Shown: positions 1 through 9,780 of the stretch, piece by piece
How the letters are laid out: each line of letters begins with the position of its first letter
How positions within the stretch are numbered: the first letter of the stretch is position 1
Source of the DNA: a virus
DNA length: 64,000 nucleotides
Virus record (IMG/VR): IMGVR_UViG_3300043409_000680
Coordinates: 1-64,000 of that record
Direction: 5' to 3' (one strand)
Program-made: the position numbers and the translations under genes
The notes under the pieces: model-generated
What the model was told of the DNA's origin: nothing
The model's database searches: none
Seen by the model: only the letters and a program-made list of their open reading frames with translations

Positions 1-120
1 CAAGGACTTCAAGGTACGACAGGTTTACAAGGCACAGCTGGTAGTCAAGGAACTACGGGTGCTCAAGGACTTCAAGGTACCACTGGTATACAAGGTTTTC
101 AAGGCACCATAGGTGATGAT
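1..120 (+). repeat. Collagen-coding 9-nt period repeat (caagg..)
   Basis: caaggacttcaaggtac repeated; Gly every third residue. Confidence 0.85.
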
Positions 121-1398
121 GGGTTTGTTGCTCAAGCCTCAGCACCTACTAACACAAGCCTTTTATGGCTAGACACAACTACCGCCGCAGTTGCAGCACA
201 GGTAGCTATCCCTGAAAGCTTGAACACAGTATCAGTAGGTGGATATTTTGATGGTACAGGGTTACGGTTATATGGGGCACAACTTAACTCTGCATCCACA
301 CCAGATTCTACAGCGTTAGACATCACTGGAGACATAGATATACGCACACAGGTAGCGGCTACTGACTGGACTCCTACTTTTAATACTAGCGTTGTAGGAA
401 AATGGAGCGGCGTACAGCAATCGTATGCATTTTATATTAACTCATCTGGTCTATTAGAATTTAAATGGTCTACCACAGGAAGCGACACTATAACAAAACA
501 ATCTACAGTTGCTACTGGCTTAACTGACGGCAGCACAAAGTGGATTCGTGTAACACTAGACGTTGATAATGGTGCTTCAGGCAATGATGTTAAATTTTAC
601 ACGTCAGATAATGGTACTACCTGGACACAATTAGGGTCAACTGTAACAACTGCGGGTGTTACTTCCATATTTAGTTCAACTTCTACTCTAGATATAGGCG
701 CTAACCAAGGCGGAACAAGCTTTGCAGGAACTATTTACCGTACACAAATAAGAAATGGAATAGACGGTACGGTAGTATTTGACGCTAACTATGCAAATGC
801 ATCTACAGATTCTTTTGCTTTTACTGAATCTAGTTCTAATGCTGCTACGGTAACTCTGACTACATCTCGTTATTCATTTGGTATTCCTGGCAAATCATTT
901 TCTAGCCTTAGTACAAGCGTAACTCCTAGTACTAATTCAGATTTATATAGCCCATTTAGAGTTACAGGAACTCCCATAACTGTAAAACATATAGCCTATG
1001 AAATTACCTCAGCGCCAGCATCAACTTCTACCATGTATCTTGCTATATACGCTGCTGATAGCAATATGCAGCCTACAGGCTCTCCTTTATATGCTTCTTC
1101 TGCAATTTCTATTTCTACTACTGGAGCAGGTGTTTACAGAGTATATATCACACCACTTACTCTTTCAGCAGGACAATATTTGGTTGCATTTAACATGAAT
1201 GTATCAGCAACTTTTAGAACTTTTTTAGTTCCAACCACTTCCATTATGAATGTTATGGGTACAAACAGCGTTCGATTATATTTAGCTAATTCTAGAACTG
1301 CAGCAGCATTTACTAGCTCACCGACTCCTTGGAGCTCAGTGAGTACATCATCTAATAACGCAAGTACAACTAATTTCTTACTGTTAGGATGGATGTAA
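1..1398 (+). CDS. 5'-truncated collagen-like fibre protein with C-terminal LamG/concanavalin-like beta-sandwich
   Basis: Frame of ORF 220..1398 is open back to base 1 (QGLQGTTGLQG...). G-X-Q repeats are followed by SAPTNTSLLWLDT and a beta-rich domain (LDITGDIDIR...WIRVTLD...VKFYTS...LDIG). Confidence 0.75.
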   Translation, partial: QGLQGTTGLQGTAGSQGTTGAQGLQGTTGIQGFQGTIGDDGFVAQASAPTNTSLLWLDTTTAAVAAQVAIPESLNTVSVGGYFDGTGLRLYGAQLNSASTPDSTALDITGDIDIRTQVAATDWTPTFNTSVVGKWSGVQQSYAFYINSSGLLEFKWSTTGSDTITKQSTVATGLTDGSTKWIRVTLDVDNGASGNDVKFYTSDNGTTWTQLGSTVTTAGVTSIFSSTSTLDIGANQGGTSFAGTIYRTQIRNGIDGTVVFDANYANASTDSFAFTESSSNAATVTLTTSRYSFGIPGKSFSSLSTSVTPSTNSDLYSPFRVTGTPITVKHIAYEITSAPASTSTMYLAIYAADSNMQPTGSPLYASSAISISTTGAGVYRVYITPLTLSAGQYLVAFNMNVSATFRTFLVPTTSIMNVMGTNSVRLYLANSRTAAAFTSSPTPWSSVSTSSNNASTTNFLLLGWM

Positions 1399-1493
1399 TG
1401 CCTAGACTTATTGATATTAACGAAGTAACTGGTGAAATCCACATTACAGATATTCCTGATGATTTAGAGGAGGACACCAGTGGCACAACTTAA
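1398..1493 (+). CDS. Small hypothetical protein (31 aa, MPRLIDINEVTGEIHI...)
   Basis: TAATG overlap with the upstream stop; not in ORF track because of its length. Confidence 0.55.
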   Translation: MPRLIDINEVTGEIHITDIPDDLEEDTSGTT

Positions 1494-2442
1494 ATATTGG
1501 GATGGTTCTCAGTGGGCTACTGCAGTAATTGGTGCACAAGGTGTACAAGGTATCCAAGGAAATCTTGGTACACAAGGCACAACAGGAGCAGGAACACAAG
1601 GAACAACTGGTACACAAGGTCTTGGTGGTTTTCAAGGTGTTCAAGGTACCCAAGGTATCCAAGGTTTAATTGGAACACAAGGTCTAACAGGTTCACAAGG
1701 AGCAACTGGAACTACAGGAACCCAAGGTTTAACTGGACTTCAAGGCACAACTGGAACCACCGGAACTCAAGGTACTACAGGTTCTCAGGGAACAACCGGC
1801 TCAACAGGTGCACAAGGCCTAACTGGTTCAAATGGAGCACAAGGTACAACCGGAGCAAATGGTTCTCAAGGTTTAACTGGTTTTCAAGGATTAACAGGTT
1901 CGCAAGGAACTACTGGCTCAACTGGAGCTCAGGGTTTGACTGGTTTCCAAGGATCAACCGGAGCACAGGGAACTATTGGTCAAAACGGTACACAAGGATT
2001 AACCGGTTTTCAGGGTTCTACTGGAACACAGGGTTTGACTGGTTTCCAGGGCCTAACGGGACTTCAAGGACCAACTGGTGCCCAAGGAACTACTGGTGCA
2101 AACCTATTAACTACTAAAGGTGACTTAGCCACATTTTCCACCACTACAACCCGTTTGCCAGTTGGTACAGATGGATTGTATTTAAAAGCTGATTCAACTC
2201 AAACTACAGGTTTGGCTTGGGCTGCGGCTGGTGGAGGCTCAGTAACTGTATCAGATACCCCTCCAGTCTCACCTACTGCGGGAGACTTATGGTTTGAGTC
2301 GGATACAACGAAGTCTTATGTATACTATGATTCGTATTGGATTGAACAAGGAAACGTAATTACCACCATAGGAAATCTTGATGGTGGAGCACCTACCTCA
2401 ACATACGGCGGTATGACACTAATTGACGCAGGTGGGGTATAA
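1480..2442 (+). CDS. Collagen triple-helix fibre protein
   Basis: About 190 aa of G-X-Y (GTQ/GLT/GFQ); GAGGAG RBS; C-terminal SDTPP..GDLWF and LDGG motifs. Confidence 0.85.
   Translation: MAQLKYWDGSQWATAVIGAQGVQGIQGNLGTQGTTGAGTQGTTGTQGLGGFQGVQGTQGIQGLIGTQGLTGSQGATGTTGTQGLTGLQGTTGTTGTQGTTGSQGTTGSTGAQGLTGSNGAQGTTGANGSQGLTGFQGLTGSQGTTGSTGAQGLTGFQGSTGAQGTIGQNGTQGLTGFQGSTGTQGLTGFQGLTGLQGPTGAQGTTGANLLTTKGDLATFSTTTTRLPVGTDGLYLKADSTQTTGLAWAAAGGGSVTVSDTPPVSPTAGDLWFESDTTKSYVYYDSYWIEQGNVITTIGNLDGGAPTSTYGGMTLIDAGGV
1531..2100 (+). repeat. Collagen-coding G-X-Y repeat tract
   Basis: Degenerate 9/18-nt repeats encoding QG-T/L-TG. Confidence 0.85.
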
Positions 2443-2459
2443 TAGGTTAAGGAGAAAAT

Positions 2460-3029
2460 ATGCCAATTCAAATACAATATAGACGAGGAACAGCAGCGGA
2501 ATGGACAGCTGCTAATACACTCTTGTCCGCAGGCGAGCCAGGATACGAGACTGATACTGGAAAGTTTAAAGTTGGTAACGGCTCTACTGCTTGGAACTCA
2601 TTAGCGTATGCTTCTGGTATACAAGGTACCCAAGGTACCCAAGGACTACAAGGTACTCAAGGTACCCAAGGGCTCCAAGGAACTCAGGGTCTTCAGGGAA
2701 CACAAGGAGTCCAAGGTATTTTTGGCCCTTACAACACCCCTGTTCAGGGAGTTGCTACATACACATTGCTGGCAACAGACACTGGAAAAACAATTGCCCC
2801 AACAACAGGCGGTGTTACAGTAAATACATCTACATTTAGTGCTGGTGATAACTGCGTTATTTACAATAACTCTGCCGCTAACCAGTTAATTACACAGGGT
2901 TCAGGTGTTACGCTTCGTCTTAGTGGAACAGGAACAACGGGTAACAGAACGCTAGCACAATATGGAGCTGCTACTTTATTGTGCGTTGCAGCAAATACTT
3001 ACGTAATTGCTGGAACTGGACTTTCATGA
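2460..3029 (+). CDS. Tail fibre protein with Mtd_N/hyaluronidase-type N-terminal domain, short collagen and C-terminal adaptor domain
   Basis: IQYRRGTAAEW...GEPGYETDTGKFKVGNG signature; QGTQGLQG repeats. Confidence 0.8.
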   Translation: MPIQIQYRRGTAAEWTAANTLLSAGEPGYETDTGKFKVGNGSTAWNSLAYASGIQGTQGTQGLQGTQGTQGLQGTQGLQGTQGVQGIFGPYNTPVQGVATYTLLATDTGKTIAPTTGGVTVNTSTFSAGDNCVIYNNSAANQLITQGSGVTLRLSGTGTTGNRTLAQYGAATLLCVAANTYVIAGTGLS

Positions 3030-3904
3030 GTGGGTTTCCTTGCATATCTATTGGGATTGACAAGCAATCAACTGCGACTATTTCGGCCGTTAACAACGGT
3101 TCAGCACTAACCCCTACAAGTGATGCTACCTACTACTACTACACCTTTACAACTGGTACTTGCAGTTTAGCCGTATCTGGCTCAAACATTAACTGCGATA
3201 TCCTCACTGTTGCTGGCGGTGGCGGTGGTGGTTCAGGTATTTCTTCTGGAGGTGGCGGAGGAGGTGCTGTTATTCTGTTTACTTCCTACCCACTCTCACC
3301 TAATGATGGAACATATTCAATTACTGTTGGTGCATCTGTTGCTGCTGCAACTAATGGAAATACAACATCTTTTGGTTCGTTAACTCCGCAAGCAACTGGT
3401 GGTGGTCGTGGTGCATCTTCTGCAACAAACGCTGCAGGTAACAGCACTCTAGGTTCGGGTGGTGGAGCATCTGCTGCTTTAGCAACTGTAGGGACTGGTG
3501 CTACTGGAACTGGTACAACTGCTGCGGTAGTTAGTTACCTTTACTATGGTAACAACGGCGGTGCTGGTCGTTCAGCAGGTAACGCATCTACATACGCAGG
3601 CGGAGGTGGAGGAGGCGCTGGAGCAGTAGGCGGAGCAGCATCCTCAGGCACAGGTGGTACAGGTGGTGCAGGACAAGTAATTTCTGGCTTTGGTACGTAT
3701 TCTGGTGGTGGTGGTGGTATTTCCGTTAACACACAGGCTTCTGCTGGTGGTACAGGTGGCGGTGGTGCTGGTGGTTTGACCACTGGAACTGCAGGAACTG
3801 CTAACACAGGTGGTGGTGGTGGTGGTGGCGGAACAACTGGCGGTGCTGGTGGTTCTGGTGTAGTTGTTGTTCGTGTTCCTAGAGCAGTTATTACTGGCGG
3901 TTAA
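3026..3904 (+). CDS. Glycine-rich tail fibre/adhesin protein
   Basis: ATGA overlap start at 3026; many GGGGG runs; ends GGSGVVVVR. Confidence 0.75.
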   Translation: MSGFPCISIGIDKQSTATISAVNNGSALTPTSDATYYYYTFTTGTCSLAVSGSNINCDILTVAGGGGGGSGISSGGGGGGAVILFTSYPLSPNDGTYSITVGASVAAATNGNTTSFGSLTPQATGGGRGASSATNAAGNSTLGSGGGASAALATVGTGATGTGTTAAVVSYLYYGNNGGAGRSAGNASTYAGGGGGGAGAVGGAASSGTGGTGGAGQVISGFGTYSGGGGGISVNTQASAGGTGGGGAGGLTTGTAGTANTGGGGGGGGTTGGAGGSGVVVVRVPRAVITGG

Positions 3905-3938
3905 TTAGTTTTTATTCCTATAGAAGAAGGTATTTATT

Positions 3939-4703
3939 ATGGCTTATGACTTTCCGAATAGTCCTACAGTAGGTCAACTACAAACAGTAAACGGCATAGC
4001 CCGTAGATGGGATGGAGTTACTTGGAGCATTGTCCCAGTAACAATTCAAGGTGTAACTGGTGCTCCTGGTATCCAGGGCACACAAGGCTTAATTGGTCCT
4101 CAAATTGTTAGCGCTACTTCTCCCATACTATGGGATTCTGGAACTAGAGTTATTTCATTTGACACCACTCCTGATTTAGGAACACCAAGTGCAGCAGTAC
4201 TTACTAATGCTACAGGTTTGCCAATATCAACTGGTGTATCTGGTCTTGGTACTAACGTTGCTACTTTTTTAGCTACACCGTCTTCTGCTAACTTAGCAGC
4301 TGCGTTAACCGATGAAACTGGTACTGGAGCTAATGTATTTGGTACTAGCCCTACTATTACCGACCCTAAACTTAACTTAAGCTTAAACGCAAAAACTGCA
4401 ACGTACAGCATGACTGCAGCCGATCTTACAGATAACGGCAAACTAATTACCTTTAGCAGTGCTACAGCGGTAAACTTTAACATCCCTACAAATGCTAACA
4501 ATGCGTTCCCTACAGGTGCTCAGATACACGTTATTCAAATTGGTGCAGGACAGGTAACAATTCAAGCTGCTACGCCAGCTACAACTACCATATCATCTAC
4601 TGGAGCCACCTCAACAACGCCAAAAACTAGAGTTCAGTTTTCATCAGCTACCTGTATAAAAGCAGGAACTGACCTTTGGTACGTTATAGGAGATATAGTA
4701 TGA
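3939..4703 (+). CDS. Tail fibre-related protein
   Basis: N-terminal FPNSPTVGQ..WDG.W motif; LATPSSANLAAALTDETGTG fibre motif; ends WYVIGDIV. Confidence 0.7.
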   Translation: MAYDFPNSPTVGQLQTVNGIARRWDGVTWSIVPVTIQGVTGAPGIQGTQGLIGPQIVSATSPILWDSGTRVISFDTTPDLGTPSAAVLTNATGLPISTGVSGLGTNVATFLATPSSANLAAALTDETGTGANVFGTSPTITDPKLNLSLNAKTATYSMTAADLTDNGKLITFSSATAVNFNIPTNANNAFPTGAQIHVIQIGAGQVTIQAATPATTTISSTGATSTTPKTRVQFSSATCIKAGTDLWYVIGDIV

Positions 4704-5083
4704 GCCTAAAAACATATCCTACAACCTTAGCAACTCCTGTACTTTTATCACCTAAAATTTCGAACACGTACACAGCTAAAACATCTGCATATACGTTTAT
4801 ATCTGGTGATGAAGGTAACCTCTTCTCAATGAACAATGCTGCTTCCGTAGCATTTACAGTACCAACTGATGCAACATTTAACTTTGCGATAGGTACAGAG
4901 TTCAACGTATTTTGGATTACAGGTGCAGGTCAGCCCACTATCTCAGCAGTAACTCCTGGAACAACAACAGTTATTTCAACTGGTGCTACATCTGCTACGC
5001 CTAAACTTCGTGCAGTTAACTCAGGTGCAACTATTAAAAAGATTGCCGCTAACTCTTGGATAGTATTTGGAGACATAGTATAA
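4700..5083 (+). CDS. Fibre adaptor-domain protein, paralog of the C-terminus of 3939..4703
   Basis: ATGA overlap; shares ISTGATS.TPK and W.V.GDIV. Confidence 0.7.
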   Translation: MSLKTYPTTLATPVLLSPKISNTYTAKTSAYTFISGDEGNLFSMNNAASVAFTVPTDATFNFAIGTEFNVFWITGAGQPTISAVTPGTTTVISTGATSATPKLRAVNSGATIKKIAANSWIVFGDIV

Positions 5084-5850
5084 TGACACCTATTTTAGGA
5101 ATTATGAGCAGTAAAAAACGTGCTAGTGCCATCGGTGGTACCGTAGTTTCTGATGCAACCTATTATTATCATATATTTTATTCAAATGGTACTTTTCAGT
5201 TTACAGCAACTAGCAGCACTAGCTGGACATTTGATGCAATAGCCTTTTCTGGTGGTAATTCGTCAAGTGGTGGTGTAGGTGGTTCAGGAGGTCGCTACAC
5301 ACTTAGCAATGGTGCTGCAACTACTGGCAGTGCAACATGGAACGTTGTAATTGGGGCGGGTGGAACTGGTGGCGTAGGTGGAAGTCAAAGCACTGTTGCA
5401 GCGCTGAGCCTAACTAGTGGTACTACTGGTTTTAGCGCAGGAGGAAGCACTGGTTATAGCACTGGTGCTGGTTATGGTGGAGGCGGGGGTGCCGGAGGTA
5501 GCGGTGTAACTGGAACATCTGGACTATGGTACAGCACATTTGCTATAAGCTACGGTGGAGCAGGTGGAATTGGATACAATCCTTGGAGTAGTACTGCTTT
5601 AAGTTCGTATGGCGCAGGTGGTGGTGGCGCTGCTACTGGTGGAGTAGGAGACGCAGCACTTGCTGGTGGTGGCGGCTCGGCAGGTGGAGGAAATGGTGGA
5701 ACTTATACAACGGATAACGTATACAACCAAAGCAGTAGCAGTGGTAGTCAGGGTGGAGGATCAGGTGGATATACTGGTGTTGGCGCCATAGCTAATGGTG
5801 GAAGCGGTATAGTAGTTATAAGGTATGCAAGATCGATTGTAGGAGGCTAG
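5083..5850 (+). CDS. Glycine-rich tail fibre/adhesin protein
   Basis: TAATG overlap; SDATYYY shared with the 3026 ORF; ends GGSGIVVIRY. Confidence 0.75.
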   Translation: MTPILGIMSSKKRASAIGGTVVSDATYYYHIFYSNGTFQFTATSSTSWTFDAIAFSGGNSSSGGVGGSGGRYTLSNGAATTGSATWNVVIGAGGTGGVGGSQSTVAALSLTSGTTGFSAGGSTGYSTGAGYGGGGGAGGSGVTGTSGLWYSTFAISYGGAGGIGYNPWSSTALSSYGAGGGGAATGGVGDAALAGGGGSAGGGNGGTYTTDNVYNQSSSSGSQGGGSGGYTGVGAIANGGSGIVVIRYARSIVGG

Positions 5851-5851
5851 T

Positions 5852-6178
5852 ATGGCACACTGGGCAGAGGTAGACGAAAATAATATTGTACTTCAAGTAA
5901 CTGTTGGTGATAATAATGACCCAGCAGGTGATGAAGGATACCAATGGTTAATAGATGTCCTTGGTGGAAGTTGGATTAAGACTTCCTACAACGCAGTAGG
6001 GGGAAAACGACGTGACCCTTTAACAAATGAAGTAACTGAGGAACCTGGGTTTAGAAAAAATTTTGCTGGGGTCGGTTACCTGTACGATCCAATCCGTGAC
6101 GCATTTATTCCCCCAAAACCATTAGAGGGCGAATGGGTATTAAATGAAAACACATGTTTATGGGAAGAAGTTATCTAA
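5852..6178 (+). CDS. Conserved phage protein that typically follows Gly-rich fibres (possible fibre chaperone)
   Basis: MAHWAEVDENN...WIKTSYN...FRKNFAGVG..YD..RDAFIPPKP motif. Confidence 0.6.
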   Translation: MAHWAEVDENNIVLQVTVGDNNDPAGDEGYQWLIDVLGGSWIKTSYNAVGGKRRDPLTNEVTEEPGFRKNFAGVGYLYDPIRDAFIPPKPLEGEWVLNENTCLWEEVI

Positions 6179-6839
6179 CCCAACACATACCAACATCAGC
6201 GGTAGGTCTTAGGTAGGCTTCTTTCCATCCCCCATCTTCCCAAGCAGGAAAATTAGCTATGACCCAATCGTCTAACCGCATCTTGTCTATAGGGAACCAT
6301 TCTTTTGGTTCCTCTAAGTGGCTTACAATAAACTGAGGCCCTATCTCTTTATAGCCTAACTTAGCTAGGTATTCGATTTGAGCTTGGTGCTCACCAATAG
6401 TAACGTTGGTCCATTCAAAAGTGAGCATCCCATGGTACTTAGTCATACCTTTAAGAACAGCCCACTCTGCACCCTCAACATCGATCTTAATTAAGTCAGG
6501 TTCCCCGTAAATCTCTGCTAAATCATCTATGGTTATAGTTCTAGCTTTTACTGTTCTATACGGCTTACCTTTATATGGCATATCACCAGCAGTCAACCAA
6601 TCTATGTTCATAGTTGATAAGCCATCTTCTTCTGCTTCGTAAAACTCTATTATCTTACATGAAGTATCTGATACGGCCATGCGAAGCGGCACTACCATAG
6701 GGCTGTAAATAAAGTTACCCACTAGTTCCCCAAAGACCTTAGGGGCAGGCTCTAAAGCAATTACTTTATATCCTTTTGCAACACCAACTACAGTTGCATC
6801 TCCTCGATTTGCACCAACATCAAATAGTAGCAATTCCAA
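6171..6839 (-). CDS. FkbM-family SAM-dependent methyltransferase
   Basis: FDVGANRG motif I; LEP; LIKIDVEGAE. Confidence 0.9.
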   Translation of the reverse strand: MELLLFDVGANRGDATVVGVAKGYKVIALEPAPKVFGELVGNFIYSPMVVPLRMAVSDTSCKIIEFYEAEEDGLSTMNIDWLTAGDMPYKGKPYRTVKARTITIDDLAEIYGEPDLIKIDVEGAEWAVLKGMTKYHGMLTFEWTNVTIGEHQAQIEYLAKLGYKEIGPQFIVSHLEEPKEWFPIDKMRLDDWVIANFPAWEDGGWKEAYLRPTADVGMCWVR

Positions 6840-7395
6840 GCCTTTCTAAGTTACCAGCAACAGCGTCTTTATACTCTTTTTCCATATCTAAAGAACTAAG
6901 TAGAGACAGTAAAGAGATGCTTTCGTCTTGTCTACCAATCCACCAAGAGCTAACTGCTTGCTGGAATAGCAGGCAGTACTCTCCGTAGTAGCCTACAAAA
7001 CAAGGTAACTCTTCTGTGCCCCCAGCTCTAGAGAAGCCCATCTTAGCCCAGGTGTATGCCTCTTGCCAGCTTCCCTGTTTTTCAAAGAACTGAGACAGTA
7101 AGAAGTACGCCTCTTTACGTTCAGGGGCAAAAGAGATAGCTTGTAGTAAGCAGTTGCTCACAGTGTAGAGTCTATTATTTTGATCATCTATGCACTTAGC
7201 TACTTTTAGTAGTGAGGCGTAAACAATTAGTGGTTGAGTATCAATACCGTACTCTGCCGCTCTAAGATAAAACGACACTGCAGAAGCGGTCTGATTTAGT
7301 TTTTCATACTCTAAAGCAGCCTTGAAGTTCTTCTCCGGATCATGAGGGTCCTGTGACAGGTCTACGATTAGTTTTTCTATATGGTCATAGTTCAT
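6820..7395 (-). CDS. TPR-repeat protein
   Basis: Helical repeats: AVSFYLRAAE, P.RKEAYFLLS, AVSSWWIGR. Confidence 0.75.
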   Translation of the reverse strand: MNYDHIEKLIVDLSQDPHDPEKNFKAALEYEKLNQTASAVSFYLRAAEYGIDTQPLIVYASLLKVAKCIDDQNNRLYTVSNCLLQAISFAPERKEAYFLLSQFFEKQGSWQEAYTWAKMGFSRAGGTEELPCFVGYYGEYCLLFQQAVSSWWIGRQDESISLLSLLSSLDMEKEYKDAVAGNLERLGIATI

Positions 7396-8395
7396 AGGTA
7401 AGTGCCTCCATAATCATGTCCTCAACTACTGCCTTTGGAGTTCTAAGAATAAATGCAGCATTGTCCTGGAAACCAAAGGAGATCAATAGATCATCCTTGT
7501 ACACTGCTGCTCCAGCACAGAACTCAATACGAGCATCTAGGAAAGAGAATGCGGTTGGGCTTAATCCAACTAGATTTAGCTGATCATCCCAGACGCATAA
7601 CCTATGACGATAGTATCCGTCTTTTTGATCAAGGTAGTTTTTGAATAGGTCTACTTCGTGAGTAATAGACAGGTACATACTTCCCCACTTAACTAAGTGA
7701 GAACTACCCCTCTGGTCTTTGGGAGGAAGCATGCATTCTTTTAAGGACACTTGCTCACATCTTGGTGGAAGAGTTGGGAAGGTCTTTACTACCTCCGTAG
7801 GGGAGGTCCACTTTATAAAGTGGAATGGTTTATCTAATATTGGCACCCAGTTTTTCTCACAGTAAGAGTTATTCTCTCCTGGTGCTGGAATACGAATGCG
7901 AGAGGTTTCTTTAGCTGTCCATTTTTTCTTATTAAGATTAATCTTAGACAGCTCCATACGGCCCTCACCGTGGGTAGTTGTATCTCTACGTACCCCAATA
8001 AGGTAGTACTCGCCTTCCCACTTGACTAGGCGACAGTCTTCTTCTCCGTGAAACTCCCACATTGGCGTAACATCTAGCTTAGATGTGTCCACCTGTACGA
8101 AGTCAGTCATAGACAGATTCTCATCAAGTCTGCAGAGATAATTGACAGTTGCTAATCTTTGGTCCTTCTCAGGATGTAGGTAAGACAGGGGACCCCATCG
8201 GCTATTAAATCTTTGGGTATTCTCAGAGTGATAAAGGGTATAGTTGACATGTCTTAGGTTTACTAAGATTTCCCCGTCATCGTCTACAAAGACTGAGGGG
8301 TTCATAAGACCAGTACCGCTAGTTAGGCCATCTGAGATTACTAATGGGGCTAATTTGCCTCCATGGGCGACCGCCCTTTGCACCAGGTTATCCAT
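7385..8395 (-). CDS. Five-bladed beta-propeller glyco-enzyme (GH130 / GT91 / GT108-like)
   Basis: NPSV, EDCRL, EKNWVP, RGSS, IEFCAG and ISFG..D blade motifs; start placed at ATG 8395. Confidence 0.65.
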   Translation of the reverse strand: MDNLVQRAVAHGGKLAPLVISDGLTSGTGLMNPSVFVDDDGEILVNLRHVNYTLYHSENTQRFNSRWGPLSYLHPEKDQRLATVNYLCRLDENLSMTDFVQVDTSKLDVTPMWEFHGEEDCRLVKWEGEYYLIGVRRDTTTHGEGRMELSKINLNKKKWTAKETSRIRIPAPGENNSYCEKNWVPILDKPFHFIKWTSPTEVVKTFPTLPPRCEQVSLKECMLPPKDQRGSSHLVKWGSMYLSITHEVDLFKNYLDQKDGYYRHRLCVWDDQLNLVGLSPTAFSFLDARIEFCAGAAVYKDDLLISFGFQDNAAFILRTPKAVVEDMIMEALTYEL

Positions 8396-8410
8396 AGTAT
8401 AAGTATACCA
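8396..8410 (-). promoter_or_regulatory. Extended -10 promoter (TGgTATACT), probably leaderless
   Basis: TATACT lies 6 nt before ATG 8395; no SD in between. Confidence 0.6.
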
Positions 8411-8486
8411 TAGGAAGCCGATATCTAAATAATGCTGTATCATAAGTCCCTAGACTTCCTTTATCCGTAAAATTATTGTACTAAGG

Positions 8487-8500
8487 GGTATACTACAAAT
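8487..8500 (+). promoter_or_regulatory. -10 element (ggTATACT), probably leaderless
   Basis: TATACT 8489-8494 lies 6 nt before ATG 8501. Confidence 0.5.
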
Positions 8501-9766
8501 ATGGCTATTAATTTTCCTACACCCACATCAGTTGGGCAACAATACCGTTACGGTATCCGCACTTGGGAATGGAACGGCACTGCTTGGCAGCTTCTTATTA
8601 ACCCAGCATTTGGTTATGGCAGTACTACTGTAAATGGCGATCTATCCGTAGCTGGTACTCTGACTGTAAGTGGAACAACTACAACTATTAACTCTACTAC
8701 TCTTACTGTAGATGATAAAAATATTGAGTTAGGTTCTGTAGATACACCATCAAATACTACAGCCAATGGTGGAGGTATCACTCTTAAAGCTGGCACGGAC
8801 GTCGATAAGACAATCCTTTGGGATTCTGCGAACAGCAACTGGACTACTTCTGAAAACTTAAATCTAGCAACAGGTAAGACACTTAAGATTAATAACGTAA
8901 ACGTTATCTCTGGCACAGGAGCTGCTCTTGTTGTAGGCGGAAATGCCTCTACAAGTTTGACTCTTGGTGCTTCCGGAGGAACAGTATCTATTGCATCTGG
9001 TGCTACGTTTAGCCCAACTCTTACATCTCCAACTATTAACACCAGCATTGTTACAGGAACAACCTTTACTTTAGGCGCTTTGGCTACTACATTATCTTTA
9101 GGCGCAACAACTGGAACTACTGCAGTTAAAAACCCTACTATTGAAATAGGACAGACTTCTGCAACAGTATCTTTTCCTACAGCAACTACTATTACATATA
9201 CTAGTGGTGGAGCAACGCCTTCTGTTGCATTCCACAACTTAACAGCTACTACTTTTACAACTGCAGGTGCTGCAACCAGCTATACCATAGGTGGAACCAC
9301 TACTGCTACATTAACTGCTTCTTTCTTTGCTAACGCAACAGCTTCAGGTAATACAAAGACTCTTAACCTTGGTACCGCTGGTGTATCTGGTTCTATTACT
9401 AATATCAATATTGGTTCTGCTGTATCTGGAGCTACTGGCACTACTACACTCAACCAAAACGTAATTCAAACCAAATTACTTGCTATGGGTACCACATCTG
9501 GTGCTCCAACAGTTACTATTGCCTCTAACACTATTACACCTACTACACCTATTGTTTTTCTTGGAGCTGGGTCAATCAATACCATAACACCTCCGGCCCC
9601 TATATCTACAAATGGTGGACAAATTACTATTATTCCTACAGCAGCATTTACTACCACCACTACAGGCGGCGGAGCAAATATTGGTCTTGCCTCAACTGCG
9701 GTAATTAGCAAAGCGTTGATTATGACTTATGACCCTACTACAACAAAATGGTATCCATCTTACTAA
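8501..9766 (+). CDS. Thr/Gly-rich tail fibre protein
   Basis: FPTPTSVGQ..WEWNG.AW N-terminus; LTVSGTTTTINSTTLTVDDKNIELG fibre motif. Confidence 0.75.
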   Translation: MAINFPTPTSVGQQYRYGIRTWEWNGTAWQLLINPAFGYGSTTVNGDLSVAGTLTVSGTTTTINSTTLTVDDKNIELGSVDTPSNTTANGGGITLKAGTDVDKTILWDSANSNWTTSENLNLATGKTLKINNVNVISGTGAALVVGGNASTSLTLGASGGTVSIASGATFSPTLTSPTINTSIVTGTTFTLGALATTLSLGATTGTTAVKNPTIEIGQTSATVSFPTATTITYTSGGATPSVAFHNLTATTFTTAGAATSYTIGGTTTATLTASFFANATASGNTKTLNLGTAGVSGSITNINIGSAVSGATGTTTLNQNVIQTKLLAMGTTSGAPTVTIASNTITPTTPIVFLGAGSINTITPPAPISTNGGQITIIPTAAFTTTTTGGGANIGLASTAVISKALIMTYDPTTTKWYPSY

Positions 9767-9780
9767 GCTAAGGAGCTTAA

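Noticed and set aside
1-2725. Dense short direct repeats resembling a CRISPR array or VNTR
   Set aside because: Period is 9 nt with third-position variation and no spacers; they encode collagen G-X-Y.
6171-8443. Invertible (phase-variable) segment
   Set aside because: No flanking inverted repeats were seen, and no site-specific recombinase is in the window.
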